DNA from: Octopus sinensis
Taxonomy: Eukaryota
Direction: 5' to 3'
Assembly (NCBI RefSeq): GCF_006345805.1
Contig: NC_043002.1
Span: 72,354,001-72,418,000, forward strand
Length of the DNA: 64,000 nt
The notes below the pieces were generated by a model. That model was not told the origin of the DNA. It did no database searches and saw only the letters and a list, made by a program, of their open reading frames with translations. Of this stretch, positions 41,746-55,935 are shown one piece after another. A program made the translations under genes and the position numbers. Numbering within the stretch: the first letter of the stretch is position 1; the number at the start of each line of letters is the position of its first letter.

Positions 41746-44636
41746 TTGGGGATAGTCCAATATATGCAAATTTAAAAAGTGGGGGTGAAAAAAAAGAAAA
41801 CAACAAAGTTTTGGGACAATCCAATGCATGCAAATATAAAAGATGTGTGGGGGAATCGAACGAATTTTAGAGTCAGTCCAAAATATGCAAATAAAGGCAT
41901 ATACCCATATTATGTATCCCTGTAAAAATAGGTTGAACCACGGTGTTTTCAGAGCTTCAAATGAGGATTGAATCATTCAGTGGTACATTTCATTCTTTTG
42001 TTTTCTACTCTAGGCACAAGGCCCAAAATTTTGGGGGAGAGGACCAGTCGATTAGATCGACCCCAGTACGCAACTGGTACTCAATTTATCGACCCCCGAA
42101 AGGATGAATGGCAATGTCGACCTCGACGGAATTTGAACTCAGAACATGAGGGCAGACGAAATGCCGCTAAACATTTCGCCCGGCGTGCTAACGTTTCTGC
42201 TAGCTCGCCGCCTTAGTGGCACATTTCATTCTGCGAGTTCAATGTCACAGATTTTGTTTTTTGTCTTTCTTTGATTTTTATGTTTTTCCTCTGAAAACTA
42301 GATTGCATTTACCAATCATCCGAATAATATAAAATTTAATTTAATCTGAGCTGATGTAAATATGAAAATCACAGCAAATTGTGAACTTATAATTTTCAGA
42401 TCAATCTAGAGAGTTAATTTATAGCTGGCAATGTTTGGCTCAACCAGTTTATGCTTAAGTGCAAACCCCGCCGGATCGTCTGTTAAAATCTATTGGATCA
42501 ATAACATATGGAGTTTAATAAAATCGTCAGTGCTTTTTCACTAAAATTTGAGACTATATTAGAAATTATAGATTTCTATAAGTCAAGGCTCCAAGTCAAG
42601 GCGTATGGCTTAGTGGTTAGAGTGTTGGCTTAATAATTATAAGATTGTCGTTTCGATTGCTGGACTGGTTGATGCGTTGTATTCTGGAGCAAAACACTTC
42701 ATTTCAAGTTGGTCCAGTTCACTTAGCTGGTAAAAATGAATATTCCAGCAATGGACAGGTGTCCCATCCAAGTGGGAAATATATACGCCAGAGAAACCAG
42801 GGGACCGGCCCTACTCTCCCTGCGGATTAATGTAGACTAACCATCATTGGCGTGGGACCAATAAATTTCGGAGAAGAGTACAAACGGTTGCTTCTCAATC
42901 CTGGTAGGCGGCGAGCTGGCAGAAACGTTAGCGCGCCGGGCGAAATGCTTAGCGGTATTTCGTCTGCCGCTACTTTCTGAGTTCAAATTCCGCCGAGGTC
43001 AACTTTGTCTTTCATCCTTTCGGGGTCGATTAAATAAGTAACAGTTACGCACTGGGGTCGATATAATCGACTTAATCCGTTTGTCTGTCCTTGTTTGTCC
43101 TCTCTGTGTTTAGCCCCTTGTGGGCAGTAAAGAAATAGGTATTTCACTGATAACTTATTTTATTAGATAAAAAGCAAAAATCAACTGAGGAGGGATTTGA
43201 ACACGGGTTGTAAATGGATGCAATTAAATACAAATTCTCATGGCAATTTCTCTAACACTATCAAATCTGCCAACCCACGCTCGAGACTGGCATCATTTCA
43301 TATAATTATAATTTAAGCATTAGAGATAATTATTATTAAAAAAAAAGTGTTATTACAAATGAGTTCTTGTTTACTTCTAGGTCGTCCCTGATTAAGTTCA
43401 CTTATAACCAGATTTTTTCAACCATGACACGGTCACATCTTTCCTTTTTTTTTAGATTTGTTTATCTAAGGCAACATTGTCGTTTTTTTTTTTCTTTTTG
43501 TAAGATGTTAGACTGTTTTGCTTTTTTTTTTTTTTTTTGTAAGATGAAGACTTGTTATGCTATTTTTAGCAAGCTGAACGAGCGTGTAGACTCTTGATTA
43601 AATGCTTGCGGAAACGTTAGAAACAGTGGAATGTCTTCAGTTTCATCTCTCCACTAAATCAAACCGGAGAGAGATTTTTATCCGTTATCTCTTTGCAAAT
43701 ATTAATACATTCATGTCAGTTCAGTCGACTATACTCCTTGGTAAATTTTGATTCGTGCCTGACCAAAAGAAATCATTATTAATCCCAAGATAAGAGCTGT
43801 GGATTGGTGCTGGATAAGGGCAGTTTCGCAAGCAAACAAAATGCTTTGTCATATTTAGCGACACCACTTTACTATCTGAGATCAAATACCAACAAAATCG
43901 ACTTTGCTTGCCATTATTCTGTGGTCATATCAAATATTACTGGTCAAATATTGCGTTTGATTTAATCGATTACATTCTTCAGAGTATGTGGCTTTCAGCT
44001 TATCCAATTGATAAAGTACTGCGGAAAGCAGGATCAAGAAAAAAATTGACAAATTGCCTTAATTTCTTTCGTTATCTACCTTTATGTTCTGAACTCAAAT
44101 CTCAAAGACGTCAGCTTTGCTCATTCTTTTCGGATTCATAATATAAAAGAGTATGTGACTAAGAAGTTCACCTTGCAGCCCCGGAGTTCCCAGTTTCGTT
44201 CCGTTACACGGCACCTTGTGCAAGTGTCTTTCACCATAACCTGATTGTTGACTAGTACCTGGTGAGTGGAATTTGGTGACCAGAAACTGTACGAAAGCCC
44301 TAATAACATGTGTGCGCGCGCGTATATACAGATGTATTTACACACTCACACACACACACACACACATGAAAGAGAACCGGAAAATTAGTCCTTTTCAAAT
44401 GAAGTTCCTTGCAAATGAAGTTCCGAGCTTTAGATATTCCCTAATCCCTCTTCTTATAGAAAATGCAGTGCACCTTAAACTAGAGGTAGTCTGATGGAAA
44501 CCGGAAACCATCAACGCTCTTGTTCTGAAATTGCGCTTTAAAATAAAAAGAATTAAATAAGTACCAAAGTAGATTATACTTCTCCCTTAAAATGCGTGGT
44601 TTATGCCGCCTTAGTTTGAAATCGTTGTTGTTTTAA

Positions 44637-46622
44637 TCCCTTCAGTCACTTTGTCCAGTGTATTCGACAACTTTTCAGCATAAATTGCAAAAGAAATATA
44701 TCAGGTTGAGTAAAAAGTAAGCAACATTTTCAAACATGAAATCCATCACAATATATTTCAACAATGCAGAAATTTTATTCATTAGAGTAAGTACCATTAC
44801 AATGAGCACAATTTTCTCAACGAGCTTCAAGTTTGTTTATTCTGGTAATATAAAGACCTGGAGTTCTGGGGCTGATGAACTCTTTGAACGCACTTTTAAC
44901 CTCGGTTTGATTTTTGAATTCCTTCTCTCGCAGGAAACCATCAAGGTGCTTCAAAAAGTGGTAGTCGGTAGGAGAAAGGCCTGAGGAATAAGCTCGGTGG
45001 GGAAGAACTTCGCAGCCAACTTCTGGAGCGTCATTAGTGAAACGTGTGGTCGAGCATTGTCATGAAAAATGATTGGCCTTCTTCTGTTGACCAGTCTGGG
45101 ACGGAGGAGTGGCAGTTTTTCGTTCATTTTGGAAAATCCATGGCAATATATTTCTGCATAATGGGTTTTCCGGGTTTTCAGAAGTTATAGTGGATTAGTC
45201 CAGCAGTACACCACCAAACAGTCACCATAACCTTCTTTTTGAAGAGTTATGGTTTTGGGAAGATTTTCGGTATTCATTTTCGTCCAACCACTGCGAAGAA
45301 CGTTTTTTTATTATTGTATAGAATCTGCTTTTCATCGCAAGTTACAATACAGTCGAAAAATGGATCGGTCTGGTTACAGAAAAGAAGCGACGAGTAAATT
45401 TCATATCTGCGCATTTTCTGATTTTCATTCAAATCATGTGGTACCCAATTGTCAAGCTTTTTTTGATTTTCCGATCGCATGCAAATGGTTGCAGGCAGTT
45501 TTCTGGCTAACTAGAAGTTCTTTTGCCAGCTCTCGAGTGGTTTTACATGAATCTTTCTCGATGACGGTCATCAGTGATATATGGGCGTCCACTACGCTCA
45601 CAACCTTCAAGGCTCAGGTCTCCACTGTGAAATCGTTTAAACCATTTTCGTGCTGACCACTCACTGGTCATATCGCGAACAGTTTCAGCTGCTTTACGTC
45701 CTTTTTTTGAAGTTGAATAATAAAATTGACCGAATATCGCGCTTTGACAGTTCCATTTCAGATGATTGTAACAACGGTGAAAAAAATATCAATGTTAATT
45801 TATTGATGCATTTGGGCAAATCTATGCCTGTATTACCAGACAAGTTTTTAAAAATTCAAAACTCTGTAAAAATCCGGTACAAATTCTTCTGGGTTCAAAA
45901 CGTTGTTTACTTTTTACTCAACCTGATAAATTATAATTGAGTCACAGTTACCAATTCATTGGACACCCCTAAAACATATATATAACCAAGGCCACGTGAT
46001 TCTGACTTAGTGTTTACTTACAAGCCATTGAAGATGGCTACGTCTTCTAATAAAGCTTACAGATGTAAGTAAACTGGTATTTTTTTTTACCTAGTGTTAG
46101 CAATATTTTATTTATTCATGCCAAAATTTAAGCATATGGAATATTGAATTCTTAAAAAATTTACTCAATATGTGTATTCTTTTATTCTTTTATTTATTTC
46201 AGTCATTTGACTGCCGCTATGCTGGAGCACCGCCTTTAGTCGAACAAATCGACCCAAGGACTTATTCTTTGTAAGCCAAGTGCTTATTTTATCGGTCTCT
46301 TAGGCCGAACGGCTAAGTTACGGGGACATAAACACACCAACATCGGTTGTCAAACGATGGTGGGGGACAAACACAGACATACAAACACACACACACATAT
46401 ATATATATATACGACGGGCTTCTTTCAGTTTCCGTCTACCAAATCCACTCGCAAGGCTTTGGTTGGTCTGAGGCTATAGTAGACGACACTTGCCCAAGGT
46501 GCCACGCAGTGGGACTGAACCCGGAACCATGTGGTTGGGAAGCAAGCTTCTTACCACACAGCCACGCCTAAAAATGAAAATTAAAAAATAGTTTAGGTTT
46601 TTTTTATTCGTGACTGAAGGGG
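44637..46622. mobile_element. piggyBac-type MITE carrying a nested mariner and a nested SINE
   Basis: TTAA-TCCCTTCAGTCAC ... GTGACTGAAGGGG-TTAA. Confidence 0.7.
44701..45926 (-). mobile_element. near full-length degenerate mariner (DD34D)
   Basis: About 30-bp TIR TCAGGTTGAGTAAAAAGTAA, TA TSD; WVPHDLNENQKMRR, IVTCDEK and AYSSGLSPTDYHFL. Confidence 0.92.
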
Positions 46623-46979
46623 TTAAAGGCCAACACATTTACCATTGACCTATGTGAAGCAAAACCGAGAATTGTGAGGTTCTTTCAGCGACGTTCTCTG
46701 ATGACTTAGCGAAGTTGTTCGCGCTATTCTTTTGAGTTTCGTACATCAAATATTTAATATTTATTGGTCACTTTGTAGGGTTGTGTGATTAAAATGTTGA
46801 TAAAGAATGGCGGTGCCCCAGCATGACCACAGCTCGTGAGCTGAAACTAGATAAAATGAAAATGAAAAAAAAGGAAAAAGATCTGAAGACAATTTGAGAA
46901 AAAAAGAAATATTTTCAACAATATTTTGAATAATACTAAGAAATGACATACATTTTGTTGTGTAATTTTATTAGTAAAT

Positions 46980-47087
<108 letters not shown>

Positions 47088-48035
47088 ATGCGTGTGTGTG
47101 TGAAATAAAAGATGTTGAAATTGCCAGGACGAATTGAGAGATAAGAGACTTCTTACTAACCTGAGCCAAACGACAAAATCTCTGCCGTAATATAAAAAAT
47201 ATTCCTCAAGATAACTAAATTCCAGGGTTTTACTTGTTATCAGATTCTAGACTTTTCTTTTATACATTTAGGCGCGAAGATTATGTTTTCTTTTTTGTCT
47301 GTCAACATTTATGGAAACTGACATCAAAAATGATTGATTGGAAAGAAAAATCAATAGGGGTTTTGATAAATTCAAGTATATAGTATATACCGCAGCTAGT
47401 TTTGGCGAATAATACCAAATATAGTATTACTAATTATATTCGCTGTAAAATATGCTTGAAACTTCGAAAATAGATGTTTTGCTAACAGACTGTGTAGTTC
47501 AATTGATCGTACAATTGAAAGCGCATTGTTGAACTGACGGAGCATGCAGATTACCTCTCAATTTAAGGAATGTTTTATGTGGACTGTAGAGGCGCGTGGC
47601 TTAGCGGTTAGGGTGTCAGCATCATGATTGTAAGATTATGGTTTCGATTCCTGGACCGGGCGACGCGTTGTGTTCTTTAGCAAAACACTTCATTTCACAT
47701 TGATCCAGTCTACTCAGCTGGCAAAAATGAGTAACGCTGCGATGGACTGGCGTCCCGTACAGCTGGGGAACACATACGCCATAGAAACCGGGAAACCGGG
47801 CCCATGAGCCTGGCTAGGCTTTAAAAGGGCGCATTTATTTTGTATGTGGTCTATCAGATTTGGCGCACTTGAAAGGATGCACACACACACACACACACAC
47901 ACACACGTGTGTGTGTATGTAATTATTTATGCATACGTATTTATAGGCACACGTTTATATATACACTAATATATATATATATATTCTTTTATTCAGTTAT
48001 ATGTTTCAGCCTTGATGCTGCGGCCATGTTGAGGC

Positions 48036-48103
<68 letters not shown>

Positions 48104-48191
48104 AAGTTAAATTTTCTTATAAAGTATATTTTTAAGTATACTTCACAATATATGGACTGTATTAACAAGTGCTCATTGCGTGCTAAATCGA

Positions 48192-48309
48192 AGGATAAGG
48201 GAAATTTTAGAAGGATCAAATCCAGATATGTTTTAAAATGTGTGTTTAAAATTATGCTGTGAATTCCTATTGATTGCCTGGATTTGTTCCTTCTAAAATT
48301 TCCGTGATC

Positions 48310-48311
<2 letters not shown>
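48192..48311. repeat. 33-bp-arm inverted repeat between (TA)n tracts
   Basis: GGATAAGGGAAATTTTAGAAGGATCAAATCCAG and CTGGATTTGTTCCTTCTAAAATTTCCGTGATCC. Confidence 0.8.
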
Positions 48312-48345
<34 letters not shown>

Positions 48346-48349
<4 letters not shown>

Positions 48350-48847
48350 CAAAGGGTAATCTGAAATATTGTAAATTTCCATTACCAGTGGCCTAGCGTG
48401 TAAAAATTTAGTCAATAGACTATACATAATTCATATAAATACAGTGTACATTTAAACACATAAGAGGTATCCATCATAGGACTACATGCACGCTAGAGAG
48501 GACAGTTAAATTTCAAACCACCATTAGGGACAAACTTTCGAAAGGAATGAAAAATAAAAACATTTACCATCTAACTCCTGGACGAATGGTTTCAGACTAT
48601 TTTTAGCAAATAAAATAATTTGCTAGGCGAATCCTTCTTCAGCAGGTACAGCTTAGATTACATATTTGCTAAAAAAAAAAAAGTCCGAAACCATTGGTCC
48701 AGGAGTTAGATGGTAAATGTTTTTGTTTTTCATTCCTTTCGAAATTTTATCACTAATAGTGGTTTGGAACTTAACTGTCCTCTCTATCGTGCAGGTAGTC
48801 CTATGATGGATACCTCTTATGTGTTTAAATGTAAATGTACACTGTAT
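48346..48847 (-). mobile_element. Penelope-like pLTR element with inverted partial duplication
   Basis: About 175-bp inverted arms 48439-48612 and 48663-48847. The terminus (AAGGGTA..TACCAGYGG.CTAG..TAGTCAA.GACTATA) is shared with 63660-63760 and, inverted, with about 37380-37450. Confidence 0.7.
48577..48646 (-). ncRNA. type I hammerhead ribozyme
   Basis: CCUG-CUGAAGA-A-GGAUU..UAGCAAAU/AUUUGCUA..AGUCU-GAAAC-CAUUC-GUC/CAGG. Confidence 0.75.
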
Positions 48848-48903
48848 CTATATATATATATATATATTATATATATATATATACATATTATATTATAGAT
48901 AGA

Positions 48904-49003
<100 letters not shown>

Positions 49004-50600
49004 TAATGACGTGTACGTTTCTATCACATAGATTCATGTGTGAGATCTTATCTCATTTTAATTAGGGTAAAAACAGCATTTTGGTATATTTTTACCTAGA
49101 TTTCATCAACGTATACGATTGCACCAAATACTGTAGCGTGACTTGGAAGTTGTGTATATTTAGCGAAGAGATTCTCCTCTATTTGTTTACATAATTTCTG
49201 TTATCACATCTCACATAAAAAAAAAACAAAAACAAAAAAAACATGACATGTTGTGAGTAGAAAACTATTGGATCAGCTAATTAATTTATCTGCTGAAAGT
49301 ACTGCTAATCAGTGTTTTAATACAACGAATATGCGCACGCGTATACATTTGTATATATATACATATCTATCCATCCATATATATACATACATTGTGTGTA
49401 TGTGTATATATATATATATATACACATACATACACACACATATACATTTGTATATATCTTTATATATATATATATATATAATATATATTATATTATTTAT
49501 ATATATATTAAATGTATGTATGTATGTTTATTTATACAAATGCATGTACGTATGTATGTGTATATATGTATATATGTACGTGTGTGCGTCTATGTATTTA
49601 TGTGTGTATATATGTGTGTGTGTGTGTGTGTATGTGTATAAATAAAATATGTAGAATGGGTTGTACCTGCATATAACCTTCGTATACACGTGAACGAACA
49701 TATGTAAACAAATAGATATAAATACGCTTGTCTTTTTTATGTCGTTTCTTTAGTTTTGTTTTCGGTTTGTTTCTCCTAACACACATAAATAAATAATATC
49801 CGACGAATCTGTAAGTCTTGTGGGATTTTGGTTCACATTCTGGTTAAACGGCTCTGCCAATTTACCGTTTTATAATGTGTGTTCGTGTGTGGACACATAC
49901 TTACATACATATATGTTCATACATTCATACATATACAAATACACGTACACACACACATATATACATATGTATACATATATATATGTACATGTATATCTAC
50001 GTATATATATATACACACATACACACACGCACGCGCACCTATTCACACACAAATTTCTGCTTCCGTGGAACATTGGAAGCAGAAACGGCTGTTGTATGGG
50101 ATAAAGTCCATTTGTATTAAAAAGTAATAATCGATGTTAGTAAATTGTAGTTGATCAATATTTCTCCATTTTCTGTTTACTTTAAATTTGATTCCGGATG
50201 AACTCATGTTTATCTTTGGCATTGCCTGTAACTTATTTTCTTTATTGCTCACAAGGGGCTAAACATAGAGGGGTCAAGCAAGAACAGACAAAGGAATTAA
50301 GTAGATTACATCGACCCCAGTGCGTAACTGGTACTTAATTTATCGCCCGCCGAAAGGATGAAAGGCAAAGTCGACCTCGGCGGAATTTGAATTCAGAACG
50401 TAACGGTAGACGAAATACCGCTAAGCATTTCGCCCGGCGTGCTAACGTTTCTGCCAGATCGCCGCCTTACTTTGCCTGTAACTTATGGGCATAATATGAA
50501 CGCTACTAACCTTATATATATATAATATATATACGTATATCTTACACACCCACATATATATATCAAATATATCTATCTGTATATATACACACATAACACG

Positions 50601-50645
<45 letters not shown>

Positions 50646-50783
50646 CACGTTGACAGTTACATATCGTGCTAGTTTATACTCTTCCATAAAATAAGACGTG
50701 TCTTTTAAATTAGTTCGATGAGCAGAGAGAAATACGCAGGCAATCTATACAAACACATAATGTGATGCACAAACACAAACACA

Positions 50784-50822
<39 letters not shown>

Positions 50823-51141
50823 CATTCCGTGATGCCATCGCGTAAACAATTTAACTATATTTCACTGTTTTTTCGTATTATGGAAATATAACCACAACAC
50901 GTTCTCCCAGTCTTAATTTTAATCTAATTTCAATTCAATTCATTGATTTTTTTACCACATAATCATACCAAGTTGCAATGTTTAAATAGATATAGCAGGG
51001 AATGACACAAGTGCCGCTGATGATCTGTGACAATGACGGAAATTAATGGCCAAGTGTCAAGAAATCTCTGTGGGATCGTGTAAGTGAAACAAACGGAACA
51101 ATGGTCAACAACAGCATCGAATAATTATAATAGTAATAATA

Positions 51142-51179
<38 letters not shown>

Positions 51180-51184
51180 AATAA

Positions 51185-52270
51185 ATGCTCTAATGCAGTA
51201 CCAGGCAGTGGCTGTCATGGCTTCTTATCTTAACTGATTGGAAGTGCTGTCATGTACATTGTTTTGTCTTGGTATAAAAGATGGGCTACAGCAAATAGTC
51301 TGCTCAATACCACAGATTTGCTAGTCAGTTGTTTGACCTTAACCAGCTGACCATGTCCCTTAGTGGCTGATGATATGTGCATCTCTGATCCTGAGCAGAA
51401 GTAGTGGGTGGGGGGCATCATACCCGTGTGTTGAAAGGAATTCTTAGAGGTCAAGAAAAGTAATAGACAAAGCAAAATCTCAACAATGGCTGAGAAGCTC
51501 AGGACACAAAGCGGAGACTGAAGGATTTTTAATTGAAGCACAAGATCAAAGCCTTCCCAACAGAAATCACCAAAGACATGTAAAGAAAAGAAATATGAGT
51601 AACTTCAGAAAATGTGGTGATGGAGAAGAAACAATAAATCATATTGTCTCTGACTTCCCGGTCCTGGCTAAGAAGGAATATATTCACTGACACGACAAAG
51701 TTGAGACCTATATACACTGAAAGTTATGCCAACACTGTGGAATAACAATAAAAAAAGAGGGTATAGGCACACTCCAGAAAAGTTCACAGAAAATGAAAAA
51801 GCAACCATACTCTGGGATATGACTACACACAGCTAGAGAAATTAAGGCCAATAGGCCAGATATAGTTGTCAGAGATCACCAAGAAAAAAATGCTTTCTAA
51901 TCGATGTATCAATACCAACAGATGACAATGTTTCTTTAAAAGAAACAGAAACTTTCAAAATGCAAAGATCTGGAAGTAGAGGTAACTCGAATGTAAAGCC
52001 TAAAAACAGAAACAATTCCTATTACAGTAGGCGCATTAGGTATGATAGAAACATTCAGGCAAATACATAAGAAAAACACCAGGACTTAAAAGTATATACA
52101 ACATACAGAAAATAGCACTACTACGCACCGCGCACATCCTACGTAAAACACTTTCAATACAGTGAAAATAAGAGCACCACAAAACAAATCACAGCACATA
52201 CCCAAGGTACATAGAGCTGCGCTCGTCAGTGCAATGAAAGTACGTGATAAAAATAAGACTACTGAATAAT
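51185..52270 (+). mobile_element. internally deleted R4/Dong-type (RLE) non-LTR element between (TAA/TGA)n tracts
   Basis: ETEGFLIEAQDQSL, RKCGDGEETINHIVS, H*HDKV, TILWDM, KANRPDIVV, LIDVSIP, IPITVGALG, IQKIALL.TAHILRKTL; no RT domain. Confidence 0.85.
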
Positions 52271-53418
52271 AACAAAAAATAATAATGATAATGATTATGA
52301 GGAGGAAGAGGAAGAGGAGGATTCTTTTTATTTTAGACACGAAGCTTGAATTTTTACGGGAGGGGGACAAGTCGATTACATCGACTTACATCGACAGTGC
52401 GCCACTAGAACTTATGTCACCGACCCCGAAAGGATGAAAGGCAAAGTCGAACTCGGCGGAATTTGAACTCAGATGATTTCTTTTATTTGCTAAAAACAAG
52501 ATGAGGAACATTAGAAGGACATCAAACAAGTTGAGAGACATTAAAAAGGCAGTTTACAATTTTTGAGTGACGAATGAGTTATAAAAAAAAACGAGAGATG
52601 CGATAAAAAGTACAAATAGAATACAAAATAAATGAACATATGGATGGTGCAAACTTCTTGATACAGAAGAGCCTCAAACTAAGGCAAATGAAGGATCCCT
52701 CCGCAATAGATTCAGGATTACCCTGATCATCAAAAGCTCAAGCCCTCATCTATTTTACGTTTATTAGTGAAGGTGCATGGCTTAGTGGTTAGCGCGTAGA
52801 GCTTACGATCGTGAGGTTGTGAGTTCGATTCCCGGACCGAGCTGTGTTGTGTTCTTGAGCAAGACACTTTATTTCACGTTGCTCCAGTTAACTCATCTGT
52901 AGAAATGAGTTGCGACATCACTGGTGCCAAGTTGCATCGGCCTTTGCCTTTCCCTTGGATAACATCAGTGGGGTGGAGAGGGGAGGCTGGTATGCGTAGG
53001 CGACTACTGGCTTTCCACAAACAATCTTGCCCTGACTTGTGCCTCGGAGGGTAACTTTCTAGGTGCAATCCCATATGAGGTACATATTTAGAGTTGTTCC
53101 ATTTATCCTGACCATTTTTACCATACTCTCTCTTTACTGTTTTATGTAGGATGTGCGCTGTGCCTAGGAGTGCTATTTATGTGTTTCAGTCATTTGACTG
53201 CGGCCATGCTGGAGCACCGCCTTTAGTCGAGCAAATCGACCCCAGGACTTATTCTTTGTAAGCCTAGTACTTATTCTATCGGTCTCTTTTGCCGAACCGC
53301 TATGTTACGAGGACGTAAACACACCAGCATCGGTTGTCAAGTGATGTTGGGGGACAAACACAGACATACAAACATACACACACACAGACACACACACAAG
53401 CACACAGACACAGACACA

Positions 53419-53492
<74 letters not shown>

Positions 53493-54087
53493 TATATATA
53501 TATATATATACATATATACGACGGGTTTCTTTCAGTTTCTGTCTACCAAATCCACTCACTAAGCTTTGGTCGGCCCGAGGCTATAGTAGAAGACACTTGC
53601 GCAAGGTGCCACGCAGTGGAACTGAACCCGGAACCATGTGGTTGGGAAGCAAGCTACTTACCACACAGCTACTCTTATGCCTCTTCACCCGCCTTTTGAC
53701 AAAATCGTGGAGCAGAGCACTCCTTCTCTACAAACACTTCCAATTTTAAGTGGAACTTGAAAAAAACCGATGCGCGCTTGATTGATGATGAAAACGCTTG
53801 TCCTCAACCTTTCCGGCCACGTCCATCACATAACCTCTTTCGCCATAAGTACTAGAGTGAAGAACACCATCTGTTTCCGCCATTTTAAAGGTCGGTTGTG
53901 AGACGGAAGATGACAATAATGATAATGCCGATGAAGATGATGATGATAATGATGATGATAGTTTTGGTGGAGGTGATGGTGTTGAATAGGATGATAGTTG
54001 TAGTGGTTAAGGCGGTGATAGTCGTGGTAGTTGAAGTGGTGAAGATTGTGTTGGTTGTGGCGACAGCGGCAGCAGCGGCGGTGGTGG

Positions 54088-54121
<34 letters not shown>

Positions 54122-54289
54122 GATCATGATGAGGATCGTGGTGGTGGTGGTGGTGGTGGTGGTGATAGATATGATGGAGGTGGTGATGGTGGTGACGGTG
54201 GTGACAGTGGTGGTTGAAGTGATGGTTGTGGCAGTTATGGCGGCGGTAATGATGTTGATGATGTCGATGATGACGATGATGATATTTAC

Positions 54290-54347
<58 letters not shown>

Positions 54348-54368
54348 CAAGCAGGCAGGCAGGCAGGC

Positions 54369-54452
<84 letters not shown>

Positions 54453-55799
54453 TGATTGATTGATTGATTTAAAAAGCCCCACTGATTTCCCAAGAAGCGA
54501 TTTATAGGAGGCAGGATCTCGATAATCCATTTTCAGACGTTGTACAAATTACTAATGCTTACCGATATAACAGCGAGTATTAGTTGAACAGAAGACAAGA
54601 ATATAGTGTTTTTTCCCTGTTTTGAAGTGAAAAGCTACGTTTTATTGCACTGCATTAATGGATTTCCATTATATGTACATATAAACATATATGTATGCAT
54701 GTATATGTATTATATATATATATATATAATATATATAATATATAATATATATATATATATATAATATATACATATACATATACATATACATGCATAATAT
54801 AATACACACAAACAGATGTGCGCAGACACGAATACGTGTTTATTGAAAACTTAAATGATGTCTTTTTAAAGAGAATTGATCTTATTAGAAATAATGTTTG
54901 AAAGGAATTGCGCATGCGCATTAAGCCTCTTGGACGTGGTTTCCATTACACATACATAACTATTTGACTGTAATCAGACATGTTTGATTACTTTAGAGGG
55001 CCAAAAGTTATTTAGACGGCGTGCCAAAACGAAAATTATTAGAGAATTTGATTAGGAAACGGGTATACATCTTTTACGCTGGATATTACAAACAATTTTA
55101 TTTATTTATGCGCCCTTTTCAAGCGTAGCCAGGCTTATGGGCCCAGTTTTCCGGTTTCTGTGGCGTATGTGTTCCCCCCAGCTGGACGGGACGCCAGTCC
55201 ATCACAGCGTTACTCAAGAAAGTTTGAGAGAAAGTTGGGCGAAAGAGCATAACAGGGGTCGCAATCACCCCCTGCCGGAGCCTCGTGGAGCTTTTAGGTG
55301 TTTACGCTCAATAAACACACACAACGCCCGGTGTGGGAATCGAAACCGCGGTCCTCCGACCGCGAGTCCGCTGCCCTAACCACTGGGCCATTGCACTTCC
55401 ACAGAGATGAATGAGCTTTATTTAAAATTATTCCCTAGATTCCGTTTCTTAAGTTTTAGCTTCACCAGGACGATGTTTATATGTACGTAGGTTTATCATG
55501 TGTCACCGGATTCATAAGGCCGGGATTTAGCTCGATCTACCTTGAAGGTATTGTCGACGGAGTTTTATCACACCACCCACTCCCTGGACGGGACGCCGGT
55601 CTGTCATATGGTTAACTTCCCAGTTATTGCTGGAACTCGCTTACAACTGAGTGGGCTGGAACAACAAGAGATGAAGTGTTTTGCTCAAGAACACAATGCA
55701 CCGCCAGCTACGGGAATCGAAACCTCAATCATACTATCATGAGTTCAACATCCTAACCAGTAGTCCACTGATCATTTAAAGTCAAAAATACATGTGCAT

Positions 55800-55935
55800 T
55801 ATTTACATTATTTACATTATTTACATTTGACGGATATTTGTCCTCATCTTGTTTGTTTCAGCTGAAATACCCTCCAACCTTCATCAGGTGTCTTGGAGAA
55901 ATTTCGAACCTGGGTTCTCATTCCTAAGGTATTTT
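55800..55935 (-). mobile_element. short element with truncated HHR (55855-55892)
   Basis: GACAC-CUGAUGA-A-GGUUG gaggguauuu CAGCU-GAAAC; the cleavage strand is missing. Confidence 0.5.

Noticed and set aside
54909-54920. TGCGCATGCGCA NRF1-like palindrome
   Set aside because: Isolated motif in AT-rich DNA with no other promoter evidence.
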